A stretch of DNA of 64,000 bases from Raillietiella orientalis (lineage: Eukaryota): NCBI GenBank assembly GCA_036172245.1, contig JAYWIR010000075.1, positions 62,001 to 126,000 of the forward strand, given 5' to 3'. Positions 35,251 to 48,800 of this stretch are shown here, in pieces. The position numbers and the translations under genes are program-made. Position 1 is the stretch's first letter, and every line of letters starts with the position of its first letter. The notes beneath the pieces were generated by a model. The model saw nothing but the letters and a program-made list of their open reading frames with translations. It did no database searches and had not been told where the DNA came from.

Positions 35251-38200
35251 GTATTCGAGCCGACGTAATAGTGAACGGTTCGCGTAGTTCAACACGAGTT
35301 CGCGTTGCTTTCTCAGGTATTCGCGCAGGTTATTTACGTCCAACGTGCAATGTGAACACGGTTCCGTTCGGTGGCGAGCCACCACAAATTTTTAATTTTA
35401 CATGAAGAGGGAAATTGAGCAATAAACTTTTAAAATTCCGATCCAGGAGATGATTTTAAAACTGAAAATATAGAACTGAAAGATGAGTTACGAATAGCAG
35501 CTGCAAATCAAGATTACTAGAAACATAAGCCTACAAATTAAGGATAGGATGAAAATGCTGTCAAAGGAAATGTCCAAGGGAATTCATGTGCTTCTTACTG
35601 GAAGAAAGGTTAGCAGGAAAGATTCGAAAAACCAAACCAGGAAAGATACGTGCACTTTGTCAGTGTTGCAACTGAGTAATTCTTTAAAATCTGTTCTGTT
35701 CTAAAAGCACCCTTGAAATCATCAGCAAACGATTAGCCTCATGCTTTTCATTCATCAAAGCTTGAGCTTTATTGTAAATTTAGTACACAATCAAGCCCCA
35801 TGGGTTGTAGTTTTCTACTATCTCCTGCACACATGGCGCATTGTTCAAAACCTTGTTCTGTGATTATTTTTGTTTTTCAGAAAACATCCCAATGTTTGAG
35901 AGTCTTCATGATTCTGCTATTCATTTATAAGAATCTAAAAATAAGCGTTTTTCCACACAAGTATTCCATTTAAAACGTGAACTCCGTATTAAGGCGATAA
36001 TTTGCCAAAGGATTGAGACATTTTCGTTCTATAGCATTATTCCTAAGGTGCTTCAAATTTTCGTAACGAAAATTTGAAGCACTCATTTCTTTGCCGCTAA
36101 GTTTAGACATCTTGAAAAAGTACCGATGATATTTCAGAAACAAGCAACACTAACCTGCTAGAGTCTAGGAGCACTAAAAAAAAAAGAAGAAAGGCAAATT
36201 TAAAACCTGTTATAGATGCTTTGCAGCTTAACAACGTTTCAGTCAGTAAGGATTTTCAAATATTGTGATTGTGATTTCTCTCGATGTAAAGCAAATAATG
36301 TTTTTGCAAATCCATAATGAAAGCAAACTATCTGTTGTACAAAATAAAATGGATATATAGAATGGGTTCTCCATGGAATTACATTCCATTTGCAGCGTGA
36401 AGAAGAGTAGTAAGGCATTTCCTTGTGCTGAGGCTTTTAGAAATATTCAAGAGAAAAAATCTCTTGGATCAGAATAGTTGAGTGCATGGTTATGTGCAAG
36501 ATGGCTTCAAACGTATAATTACATGATTTACTTCAATTGCCAATGAATCTGTGCACCAATTTCCCTTTGTTGCATGTTGACCAAATTTGATGATAGATGC
36601 ATGCTTTGGAGACTGAAAGAGGTATCAGATGCTTCCATGAATGAAATTGGGATATTTATCCATCATATTTATTTGTGCTCCATCCAAACTGCTGTGCTGC
36701 CTTCCCACTCCAGTCATAAAAAATGGCTTTCTATTAAATCAAAGCACATGTTTTATTTTTGTTCTATAGGCATAAGGATGAATTTTCGACCCAAATATGG
36801 CAGCGCATTTCTTGTGAGTTCGTTATTTGGGAGGAGTGCTTCCTTTTCAACATTAATTTTGTTATCAGGTGTGTGTGGGAAGAGGTTTGGTTTGGCAGCT
36901 TTCTTGCAGCCGCATTTGCTTAGACAAAATGAACGTAATCAGCATTGCAGATTGTTGATCGTTGTGAAATTTAGGATTATTTCATTTATTCTAGTTCTTT
37001 GTATGCATATCTCATGCACATGGAGATTGCATTGCACCATCCTTGTTGCTGGTGGGGATTAGCTTGTTTTCGATTAAATGGTTGTCCATATTTTGCAGTT
37101 TTTGTCACTTTTTCTTATGTGGAACCTGTGATGGAGTTTATCTTCAAATCTCAGTGATTCGTTTTTTATGCAGAAGGGGAATGCTGTTGCAGAAAATGTT
37201 TCTGGTGCTTAGAAGCCTTGTTCCAAAGAAAAACTTGCTGATTTACAATGCTTCTTTTCTCGGTTTTTCTTGTACACTTTGTTAGTCACAGGTAAATGCA
37301 GGATTCTGTCTGCCAATAGCATATCTGTCTGATAACAAATCACAGTTTGTGTGGGTAGAACAAGGTTTTGTTGGTAGGAATTTGCATTGATGAATATCAA
37401 GATACTGGTAATCTATACAAATATTAGTTTGTGTTTTTCTGTGTACGCTAGTGGTCTCACTTCTGTCATTACATTTAATGCAGACTCCATTGCTCCAGGG
37501 CCTAATCAGATAGTCAGATGGTTCAGCATAGTTGTTATGTCAGGTGTTGAAGAGTCACAAGCTGAAGAGACTATGTTAGTGCATGGCATTGCCTTATATT
37601 CAGTTTCCCAGTTGATTCTGTTTTGTGATCAATTTTAATTTTGTGTGCAAGTGTAGAACAAGGAGTATTAGGACTTGCAGTGTTGTTGACAAGTATCTTT
37701 GCATGATCTCCTGTGTATGTATGCAATTTTTTTGAAGGAAGGCTGATCAGTGTAAGGAAAGGTTTAGATATCTTTCAAATAGTTCAGTTCCCATCTTGGC
37801 AGTTTGAAAGTTGGGGTCAAGTCATGGGCATCTTCATTATGCACTCTAAAGCTGGAAGGATATCTAGATGCTTCTAGTGTACAATTGGGTAACAGCAATT
37901 AGGAGAGCTCTTGCATAAGATTATGGAGTATTCAGTGGGCAGCATTACATGAATAGCTTGCATAGCAGAGTACCATATTGGGATTTGTGTATCCCCCCAA
38001 AGGTTCTTTTATTTTCTTAAGACTGATCCTTGTGTACATTTGTTCATGACTGAGTAGGCATTATTCTTCCATCTGTATACAGTTGAGCATTCTGCCATCC
38101 AGAAGGGTGTGTTGTGCTTTTTTGGAATTATAAGTTTTGCATCCATTTATTTTGAAAGTGCAAGCAAGTATTCCACAAAAAATTTGCAGTTTCAGTGCTC

Positions 38201-38352
38201 CATCCATTGAACTTTTGAAGAAAAAGACTGTGCCAGCAGCACCTGACTATTAAAGAGTTTTCAAACATGTATATTGCTCATTTGCTAGGTAATTGTTGAC
38301 GGAAACTGAAAACTAAAAAGTGAGTTAGGGATAAGGTTGCGTTTTTTTTGCC

Positions 38353-38385
<33 letters not shown>

Positions 38386-39199
38386 CGTGAACAGAGGATA
38401 TATAGGTATTAATTTCTTATAAGTTATTGTTTGTAAAATAGAATTAGGTACTCTAGTATAAATAATGGATATCAAAAAATCACTACTCTTGAAACAGCAG
38501 ACTTTTGAATAAAATTATATTCAATGGAATGTGTACCAGTAGTGCACAGATTTTCGGCATTGACATAGCACGAAAACAGAAAGGCATGCACATTAGTACA
38601 GAATAAGTATGTATTCCGGAGATGGTTTCCTATCCATTCTCTTAATTAAGATTAGTTGATTATTATGATTCGCTTGATGTAGATGATGTGGAACTTGTTG
38701 GTACGATAAAATGTATTGGCTTCGAGCAGCCCAGTTCTTTGTCGGGAAAAAACTGGTTTGTTTCCGAACAACGTGATCCAAACAAAATCTAAGGAGTGAG
38801 CGTGATTTCCCACTTATTAGTAGCACTTTGGAATGAACTGTTATCCATACTTCCGAAGGGAAATTTTCAAAACAGTTTCTGAGGTGACTTGTTTTCATGA
38901 CAACTATTAATATTAGATTCTCAGGACTTTCCGATTTGCTTTGCAATCTTCAGAATTTCCATACTCATCGTAGGTAAATCCCTCCATGCCTTTAATTTGT
39001 TGCATCACTCTTCTGATGAGGATCTAATCAGGAGTAAAGTTCCTGAAACCAAGTTACACTTATTAATACCGATTAACCATCAGACGACGGAAAGCAATCT
39101 TCCGATATGGGTAAGGGAGACATCCAAAAATAGTTCCGCTCGGTCAGCTGGGTGCACAAAAGGGAGGGTTCAATGAGCAAACAAAATACACGACTCATA

Positions 39200-41010
39200 G
39201 AGAAGGAAGGAGTCCCTATGGGGTATACAATGCACCCCTACCACATCTGAGGATTCGCGCTGTGTGGACGCATTCTGCCTTGTCTACTGCCTTTCGGCGA
39301 GGCCACCTTCTAACACGTCACGTCGCACCATGCCAGTGGCCCGGAGAATGGGCTCCCTATCTTTGCATCTTTCTCGCTTCAGGTGTTCCATTACGATGCC
39401 TTGAACGCAGCACTGCATCGCTATGTCAAGGCCATACATATCCCCTCTGAAGGAAGCAAATGCTTCACCAGTACTGAAGAGGTGTCGGTCAGGTGCCATA
39501 CTGTACAAACAGCTTGTCCCGTCCCGATGGAAAGGCTACATTCCAACAAGAGGCACGGGATCGTCTCGATTTCACTGAACCTCATGTAGTCCTGGGAAGT
39601 ACTTCCATTTGTTGCTGTGTGGAAGACGCTGCCCCACCGAGTGAGCGGCATCTACCAGCTGGCCTGCCGTCCATCTGGGGAGGGGCTTGGTCGAATCCGC
39701 AGGTTGATGTTTGGATGAGTCTATAGATAGACCCACCCAAACATCATTTTAGACTCTGCGCTCTTCCCATGATAGAAAATGGATGCCATGAGAACCTTTT
39801 ACTTCCTGAGTCTGATGCATTACCAGAGACTGGGAGAGCACAAGATGGCAGACTGAGCCTTCACCAACTCGGTCAGGACACTCATAAACGGGTGTTTGAG
39901 TTTGCTTCACAGGACAGCAAAACTAGTACGCTGTACGCCAACTGGATCAAAGGATGACTTGGGGTCCATGACCTATCAGACGTTGCTAACTACGCAGTCG
40001 ATGGCTTTTTTAAGCTGTTGACATACCAGATCCACAGATCAGGAATCTGGTCCGCATCGTTTTGAAAGCAGTATTCAAGAGGAAAATAAGAAGCTTATCG
40101 ATGGATGATTTGGCAAGATTGCTACCTAAATTAATCACTGGAGAATCACTGGATGTTTAGCACGTTCCAGCAGTGATGTAAGGAGTCAGTGGGCGGTAGA
40201 ATGACAAGCTTCCAGTCGGCTAAAGACAACTTAGTTCTTTGATGATGAAGAACCTTGGATCTCCATATGCCATCTAACAGCTGTTGATTGTCACGGAGTA
40301 AGCTCACAACTAACCTGCACGCTGCCCAATGCAGAAATATGTGACTTTTCCTGGAAGAAAAACATCCTAACAGGGCAATCTATGCATTAAATTTTTGTAA
40401 TCTGGATAAAACAATGCCATCAGAAATGTATTAGTTTATCCAAATTACAAGAATTTTCACAAGCGTGATATATTAAGCAGGTATGTAGACAGAATATCAT
40501 GTCATGCGTTATGCATATAAACAGAATATAATCAGTATTGGCCAGCGCATGCTTCCAGTCATTTCCTTTTTAACGGAGGCCACATGATGCTCGTGGAATA
40601 CTGCTTCATAGATGAGACCCGTTTTAAATCATGGAAGTACGAACCACGACTATCAGACAGTATCGATCGCATGTGCAAGAGACGTGCAGGTTGGTAGGAG
40701 TCTCTTCAGCATGTTGCCAACGGTTGCACATGCAAATCACAAGCCATCACCCATCGCCATGGTGAGTAAGCAAACACATTCAAAAGCGTGACGGCAGAGC
40801 ACTGAGGGCTGATTGCTTCTAATCAACCCATGATTGCAGCAGATTCCAGTTTACGAACTGACCTTGTACTGTTGGGACAGATGATTGTGCTTGAAGTAGT
40901 CTGCTTTCCTGAAAGCATTTCAGAAGCTCCCGAAGAATTCAGGAGGAAAAAGGAAAGATAGTACTGGAGCTTGGCTCAGCACGATCCTGCTAGATGATTA
41001 CCTGCCCCAG
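39200..41010 (+). mobile_element. Decayed RLE-type non-LTR retrotransposon (NeSL/Utopia/R2-like)
   Basis: Fragments LYANWIKG*LG, VDGFFKLLT, HFLFNGGHMMLVEYCFI, ESLQHVANGC, DSSLRTDLVL and IVLEVVCFP occur in the same order as in the 52.5-53.9 kb element. Confidence 0.7.
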
Positions 41011-42329
41011 TACGAGCCAGCGTCACAAGATCCCTCGGTGCAAGGAGCCAGGCAACAGAAAGTATCAAAATTACTGAAAATCAAAGGAGGCTAATCGAGA
41101 ACCTCAAAAAGGGGATAGCGTGCCATAACCATCAAGACATTTTCCGAAGACTCCGGAAAATGTGCCGGAAGCATCGGATGGGTTACTGCATGCAATCAAC
41201 AAATGGACAGAAAATTCTGAGCTGCCACTTTTGGAAGAGCAAGACTGTGGAAACAGTGAAAATTACTAAGAATCTCCCTTCGGTATTCTGTGTACCGTCC
41301 ATCAGAAAAAAAATTGTGAAATTGATTCCATATTGATAAAAAGGGTATTTCTTCCGTACGACAACTATTACTTTCTCTTAGAATACAGCACGATGGTCAA
41401 AGGTGTGGCGTATGCGCGGACCCAGTTCTTTCTGTCCCTCATCACCTCTACATAAGTGGGACCGCTTCAATGTGACGAACGGAACGTGGAGCTTTTGGGG
41501 TGACGTCACATGCGTATACGTGCCCGTGTATGGACAGATTCCTGTATGTGGTGCAGTTGGTGACCTTCCAGGAATTCAGAGATGCTCCCTCGGTAAGGAG
41601 GCCATCAGCTGCATCAGGAAAGCAGGAAACCGAGTTGCTTCGCGCTGTAGAGATTTTGCGGAAGCAGAGATGCCTCTAACTGGCAAGCTAAAGCATGCTT
41701 GAAGATGTGACGCTCGGACAGACGCCAAGGTTTGTTCCACCACTACGCCATCAGGGCAAATCTTTGGAACCGCATTTTTGCAAATCCTTTTGCCCAACGT
41801 CAGAGTTCACACACAGTCTATTATCCCGACGTGACTGGACTTTTGGCCTCAATGCCAGAAAGCCAGAGATGAAACGCCCGAAGCCTGTGGCTCTGTAACC
41901 ACGAGGCTTTCTCAAGGAGACCGTTTGTCTCTTGCATCCCCGCAAAATGTGGGAAGAGAACAAGGAGGTGGGATCGGAGAAGAAGGCAACAAAAAGGTTC
42001 AGCGCTGAGGCTCGTTCTGACTAAAGGAGTTTCCCAAGCGCATCCTCCGACTTCCAAAGTCAGCCGGACAGCAATTATTTCGCGACAAAGTCTCTCAGAG
42101 TACATTGAAGCACTTTAAAGTAACGGCCACGGGCATCTTTAAACGGATCGGTCACGGCAGTGCTTCTCCCGAAAGAAGCTCCTACCGTAACGACCTTTGA
42201 CTTCTTGTGAACCTAGATGACCGCTCATCGTCGAACAGGACAGACGTGTTTTCTCGTCGCTCCGCGACCTCCTGCCAGTGGTCATTGTTTCGCTGGCGTA
42301 AGTTCGGTGTTGAGCGGTGGAACGGAAGA

Positions 42330-43000
42330 AGTGCCAGAAGTTACAGCTAATAAAGGAAGTGATGAAAGATCTTCGCCACCTCTACCCGTGGAGACGGATT
42401 CTTCAACCTCCACCGAATCAAGTCCTGGCACTGGGAAGACGTGGAGCCAAGTAGCTGTTGCTTCAACTCCCGAAGTCCAGGAGGAAACGAGGACCTAGGC
42501 TCAGGGATACTGGCTGGCCTTACTTTATAAAGTGGACTGTCTTGATATTACATCGGTTGCTCACCCATTTTCTGCGTGCAACCTCAACGTGGAAAAGGGA
42601 GAGCTGAAAGCTCTCTCGGTAGTCAGTGGGGATAAGTCGTTGAGCTCACTTGCAAGAAGCCAGGACTCGCTTAACGACCCCTGAATACCCCCATTAACAT
42701 CGCGGGCAGAAAGCTCTTCCCAGTCACGGCGGACCGCATGGTAGTGGTCCACCCAACCGAGATGAGGCTGCGAATGGACGAGGAAGAAGTGCTCCGCCAG
42801 CTCTCGCCTTCCTGAGTCTACAGTTGTTCCTGCAGAAGCTCAGTGTGTTTCCTGGATTTGAGGGACTGTACAGTGGCTTGGATGCGGTACGTGTGACCGG
42901 GCATGAAGGAAAACAGCTTCCCTTTAGAATACAGGTCGGCACGGAAGATTGACCGGTGGTTCCATGGGAGGCCGAAAGTGTATGTCAACTGTAATGCAGA
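42330..43000 (+). pseudogene. Decayed Tx1 ORF1 fragment
   Basis: GKTWSQVAVA..QGY..LLYKV, FEGLYSG and WFHGRPK match ORF1 of copies Z and B. Confidence 0.75.
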
Positions 43001-43416
43001 AAAGGGGAAACCTGAAAAGAAGCTGTCTCGAGATGAGCTCCCATCTTTGCGATCCGTTGTGCTGCACGTAAGATGTGTGCTCCAAAAAGCATGTTAGCGC
43101 TCGCGACTCCGGCCGTGAAGCTGGACAAGAGACCGCACGGAGAGCGAATCGAAAAAGCAAAAACACAAATAACCGTTACATAATAACCGTTTAAACAAAT
43201 AATCATTACAAGACAAAAAACCGTCACCAAGAGGATTAGATATTGGTGACGGAATACAAAATTGGTGATGGCTCCATTACCATAGAGCCGAAATGGTTTT
43301 GTGCGAATAACGTCTTGTAAAATAAATAACTTCCTGTGTTCCAATGAAAAAAATTTTTTTTTTCGGGTTTTCTTTTTTTTGATCTGACTCCAGAACCTTA
43401 CGCCCGGAGTCTTTCA

Positions 43417-44018
43417 CACTGTTCCACGGCACCCGAGGGTGCGTGTGGTAACTCTTCAAGCTAGGGAACGAACCCCGTAGGGACTACCCTCTGAATCCAG
43501 GAAGCGATCCGAAGGAAGGAGTCCGTTCCCCTCACGCCTGGGAGGATCCCCCAAGAGACCCTGCACCCTGGTTGTCTCCGAAGGGAGTCCCGAAAGGAAC
43601 CTCTTCCTTATTCTCTTTGGAGAGATCCCCTGGAGGGGACTGCTCCATTGTTTCTTCTCCGAAGGGAACCCGGAAAGGATCCGTTCCTAGTTTCCTCCTC
43701 TGAAGAGGACCCCTAAGGGACTCTTCCAAATTTTCTCTGAAAGACATCTCCCGAAGGGGGCAGCGGGCTTCCTCACACTCTGAAGAGGTGTCAGTTTACC
43801 AACTCTCATGGTACGAGTTGGAGGGAATCTTCCCGGGAAGGGGGGGGGGGGAGGGGGGAGAAGGAGGATCAATTTTCACAACCGGAGGGGAACCCCGAAG
43901 GGAATCGATTTCTTGATTTCTGGAAGGACCCCGAAGGGTCAACTTCCAATCCCACCCACTCGTCAGGGGAATCCGGTTTCCAGCTTTCACCAGTGCCGCA
44001 CTCAGTAATGACGCCATC
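43417..44018 (+). repeat. Hairpin-rich dispersed repeat, copy 1
   Basis: Shares CTCTTCAAG, TGAATCCAGGAAG, GTCCGTTCC..CACGC, CTCCGAAGGGAACCCGGAAAGGATCCG and ACAACCGGAGG blocks with the other copies. Confidence 0.85.
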
Positions 44019-44039
44019 TATTTTACTGTCCTCTCCATG

Positions 44040-44368
44040 GGGACAGCGTCAAGATGGCCCCATCTGGGAGTCATGAAACAGCAACTTGCCTGCATCCTTA
44101 CAAGGATGCAGAGGACATCCTCCAGCACACAGTGATTCCTTCCCGGACCAACCATTCTTTGAACGTACTTTTTTTTGTTTTGTTTTTGTCTTTTTGTTTG
44201 TCTCCCCCCCCCCCCCCCCGTGCTGCCGAGGCAAACCTCGCTGGCCTGCGTGCCAGTTCCCGGCAGGTTCCTTCTCGTAGATATAAGTAACGTGGCAGGA
44301 TCAAACGTCCTGCCACAGACATATATGTTCATTTTATAAGTAAATGCCCCGGCCTAACCAGGTATCAA
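44040..44368 (+). mobile_element. Tx1 3' terminal fragment
   Basis: RWPHLG..ILTRMQR, T-rich UTR, and the terminal CCCCGGCCTAACCAGGTATCAA. Confidence 0.75.
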
Positions 44369-44461
44369 CCAGCGCTGCACTCCAACATAGGCCAACCAAC
44401 GTCATCTTGCGGGGGGACTCCAAACTCATGTTTCACCCATTTCTAGGGCATCTATCCTGTA

Positions 44462-44830
44462 TTTTCACCTGGTCACGCCGTAGCGTTTATTGTAAAAAAA
44501 ATATTTACAAGAAAAACCAGTCATATACAAGATGAAGAATGCCTTTCTTCGTAGTGACTTCACATCACCACTACGAAGGGAGATGCCTCGGAGGCGCTGC
44601 ATCTCGTGAGCAGCTCTCCGATGAGGTCTGCACAGGAGTGGGGGAAGAGGTAGACAAAAACACACAAAAAAACACAAAAGTTCAGTTAAAAAACGTGTGG
44701 AGAAGGGAAGGGATCAAAGATTTCCTCCTGACGTCCTTAGCATCCTCTGAGGGATGTTGGCAACTTCCTCCTTTTTTTTTTTTTTTTTTTTTTATAAGGC
44801 CAGTAGCGACCCCCATGAGGAGATCGTTAC
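44462..44830 (-). mobile_element. Tx1 3' terminal fragment
   Basis: Minus-strand AATAAACGCTACGGCGTGACCAGGTGAAAA; TGATCCCTT stop context and T-rich UTR. Confidence 0.7.
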
Positions 44831-44996
44831 TATTGGCCTAGGACGATGGAAATCCTTGGATTCTTCTTTTTCTTCTGTCTTCACTGTTTTCCTTCTAGCT
44901 TTTTTTTTTAAGAGTTTTCTTTTTTTTGGTTCGCTAAGTACCTCAGAGCCGGTCGCGTGTCTCGCGGCGCACGTGGCTCTTTTTAAACATTAACAC

Positions 44997-45665
44997 ACTG
45001 TTTTGTTTCCACGCCCCTCCGCCCGCGGCAACCCGCAGGGGGGCGTGAAATTCTTCAGGATAGGGGGCACCCCGGGATGGGGGTCCGCCCTATGAATCCA
45101 GGAAGAGCTCGGAGTCCGTTCCTCTCACGCTTGGGGAGGGATCCCCCGGACGGGGGGGATCGCACCTCCCACCCTGGTTGTCTCCGAAGGGGAGCCCCGA
45201 GAGGAATCTCATTCCTCATTCTCTCCGGAGGGACACCCCCCTAATGGGGGTGGTCCTCTCCATTTCAACTTCTCCGAAGGGAACCCGGAAAGGATCCGCT
45301 TCTAGGAATTTCTTCTCCGGAGGGAACCCGCAAGGGAACCGCTCCTTTATTCACTCCTCTGAAGACAACCCCCACAGGGGTGCTTCCGAAACTCAGAAGG
45401 GGCGCTGCAGCTTCCCGCAGGGAATCGCTCTCGCTTGCTTCCTTGTGCACACTCTGTGAAGAGGCGACGACTCGGAGGGACCCCCCAACAGGGAAGGGGG
45501 TCCGCTCCTTTGAACAACTGGAGAGGTGCCCGTAAGGGCTCCTACTCCATCTTGAAACTGGAGGGGTCCCCCGGTGTGGGGGGGTCCGCTCTCCGTTGCA
45601 CGACAGGAGGGGGAAGTCCCCACTCCTTGATTCCTGGGAGGACCCGAAGGTCGACTCCCATTGTT
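44997..45665 (+). repeat. Hairpin-rich dispersed repeat, copy 2
   Basis: Same conserved blocks as copy 1. Confidence 0.85.
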
Positions 45666-45860
45666 CCGGCCTTCATCGGGGGCCTCCGGCTTAATCCACC
45701 GCCGGTGCCACGCCCGAATGTCTCGGCCAACCAGCGCCATTGCAGGAGAAACTCGGCACCCGGGGACGCAGTGGCGTCAGAGTTTCTGCCGAAGTATTCG
45801 AACCCGCGACCCATGGTGCCACACGCGGAAGCCTAAACCACAAGGCCTCCGACGCGGGCC

Positions 45861-48800
45861 TTAAAGCTTAATGGGTTCATTCGTTGTCCCCAGTCTCATT
45901 TGCTTCGTTCGCAACAAACAACATGGACCTATGATAGCTAAATTAAGATACATAACTGAAACAAGCTGATCTCTCCCTGTTACGAGGGAATGTCCAATAT
46001 TGAGCCAGGTCCAATAAGTTTGACTGCTCGTAGTAGATTTCGCAGCATCTGATGGAAGTTTCAAGTGGAACATTGTCTGCATAAGGTCTAACAACTTTAC
46101 ATTTCCTGGTTGCCTGATGTCTGCGTTGAAAGGTCCAGCCAATATAATGGGCATATCCGGATCACCGACATTCTTCGCTGTAAGAAGCATTTCGGAAAAC
46201 CTGAGCGAATACATGGCCGTATTACAAGCGAAGAAGGATTCAATTTGCTCTGTAGTCGAGTTTGCGGTGACGTAGACAGTAACCAACAACTCCTTCAATC
46301 CTGCGATTCCAACTCCAACGGAGCAAACATCTCCACGTGATCCTTTACCGCCATTTGTCTCGCACGATCATCTTGGTCAACTGAAATTGGCATGTTCTAG
46401 TACACCTCGTGGATGAACCTTCTTTCATCGTAGATCGTGGCTCCTCCAGATCTAAGTGACCGTCTCTTGGACCCAGTAATGCATTCAGAACATCGAAAGC
46501 AAACTCGTTGATACTTCGTTCTTGAGCCAACTGCATTCAGTTACTGCTAGAATACTTTACTGGATGAGTATCGTCTCTGTAGCAATATTTCCGTGATGAC
46601 GCTTCCAACTCTAAGCATTTAACGTCGCCATCTTCGTGCCGTTGGATGGCGGAGCTTTGTTCCAAAACTTGCCGCTTTAGCATGGAGTGTTTTGAGATGA
46701 TGGCTACCCAACCGTTTTAACTCAGTTCGAAGATCTTGCATGGTGGCAGTCACAGCCTCGAGCATGACGGAATGTAGACTCGCTCTTTTTGTCTTTCAGA
46801 TACAAAGCGTTTTCTGCTCGTAACTCTTGACAGAGCAAGGAGGACGAACTGTTTAAGACCTTTGTCGCATTAAAGCACAACTTCTCCGAATGTTCCACCT
46901 ACTTATGGAACGTCATAGAGCACGCTCCAAAGAAAGAAAATCAAATTCGCTGGTACTCTCGCATCTTACTTTTGAAAGACACTGTCGCGGATCGTTTATG
47001 TTTATTGGAGTCCAATCATGCTCCGAGTCACCAGGATGCGACATTGCCTGAAAGGACGAGCATTAAGACGGCTTTTGGCTTCGATGTTCACACTATGGAA
47101 CAGTAACCACAATTTTCTGATGTCCATGTCTACCATTGCTGCAAAGTTCCGATTGATCCCTTAACTAAGTCATCTTTTCTATCGATGTTCATTGTCATCA
47201 TGTATGGTTTTCCATCTGATAAATGTAATATAAACGGAACGTCTACAGTCCCCAAACAGCTCAGCCTACGGATATTGGTTCGATGTCATGGTTATTCTGC
47301 TGTAAGCTGCTGCTCGAGGTTTCTTCAGTTGCTCTGCTCTGAACGTGCTCTTCTTTTTTTGCTTCAGAATCTTCTTGTTCGTGCATCTCAAAGCACAATT
47401 TTCTACAATGTTTCCAATGTCTTCCCAGTATCGATGTCTGACTTGTATGGTTTTCTACGATTCATGATACACTCTTAAGTCTCATATATACTCCTGTTCT
47501 TCATCGTATATGTGCAGAAACTAATTCGAATCTAGAATGTCGACCATCCCATTTTCAAACGACCAGTAAAGTGAAACCATTTCTTTTTCTTGCATTCAGC
47601 CGGTTCAGAAAATTCAGTTCTTGCCGGGATTCGCCGGGGTGTTCATTGTAAAAAAATGTTCAGACATTTGGCTGAATCGAAATGATCATCTGTTTCCGAA
47701 TCCTGTATTGATGATATCATATTTCGCAACAAATTCTGCTAAACAAATATCTTTATATCTTTGTTCACCTTCTTTTGGACGATTCTCTTACTTCCGAATG
47801 ATTTCATTCTATTTGTCAGTTGAATCATCTTCTTTGTTCTCTTGGGCCTTTCTTGTCTTTCATGTGGCCAAGTTGTTAGGATGTAAGCCACTTCAATGCA
47901 CGCTTCAGACCTAGGTGGTCAAAGCAGACAACATGCAGGTTCTTGGATACTCTTCTCCACGCTGTTTAATATTTTAATTCTTACTCGTTTCAAACGATCA
48001 GTATAGTCTTGATCAAGGAGCTTTCTCAATTTGATCAACTCTCTATGAAGATGACTTATTTCTCGGTTGGTTTTGTTGACGTATTCAGCTACGCATAATG
48101 CATATGAGTATTCTTCCAAAATGAACTGTGAATCTATACTGCGGTTCAATCCTGCAGCTATAAATGGATTAGACGTGTTAGTCCAGAGTTATTTCATCAG
48201 AACTGTAGGTCCAGTCAGTCCTGAACCAGTGATCTCTAAATACGCTTTCATAGAGATGTTGTTCTCCAAAGAATCGATCGAGTGACTCGTGATGCTTTTC
48301 TTCCAGATCTTTCTTAATCTGTTTGGATTCCTGCTTAAAATTCGTTCCTACAATCCATAGCATATATTCTATTCGTTCATAGGCTAACATGGAACACAAA
48401 GCATGCTGTGTTCCAGTCTTCTTGCAGCAAGTGAATTTAGCCACTTGGTTTGAATATGAAGTTGAAAGTTGCACAAAACCAACTCTGCAAAGATCGTGTA
48501 TTAAAGTTGCGGTGTTTGGCATTCCAAAAGAAACAGCTCTCGTTTTCCAGCCATAGGAGTATATGAGCAAGCGGATTGCTTCGATGTTGAAATTGTTCAC
48601 TCAAAGTGGTTCACTTGAATCGATTGCACTTTCTTGATTATAAGATTTACATTAAAACATTCCAAAGTTTATCGAAATAAGCGACATAAGTAGCTGAAGC
48701 TTCATTCGCTGAAGAGCAGTCAGCTCAGTCATCGGATCTTCAACTTCTTTGTACTCGAAGGACGTAAATCTTTCAGAACATGAAGATTTCAGAACATGAA

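Noticed and set aside
38354..38386. Long poly(T) as a retrocopy tail
   Set aside because: No TSD or identifiable body.
39013..39060. CTGATGA...GAAA hammerhead-like core
   Set aside because: Stem II is out of register, and stems I and III could not be formed.
43417..45665. Repeat copies 1 and 2 as paired LTRs, or a CRISPR-like array
   Set aside because: The copies are too divergent, no TG..CA ends, PBS or PPT were seen, and there is no regular repeat-spacer period.
45843..45863. AAGGCC..GGCCTT hairpin as the Helentron terminus
   Set aside because: Only 6 bp, and no matching subterminal inverted repeat was found.
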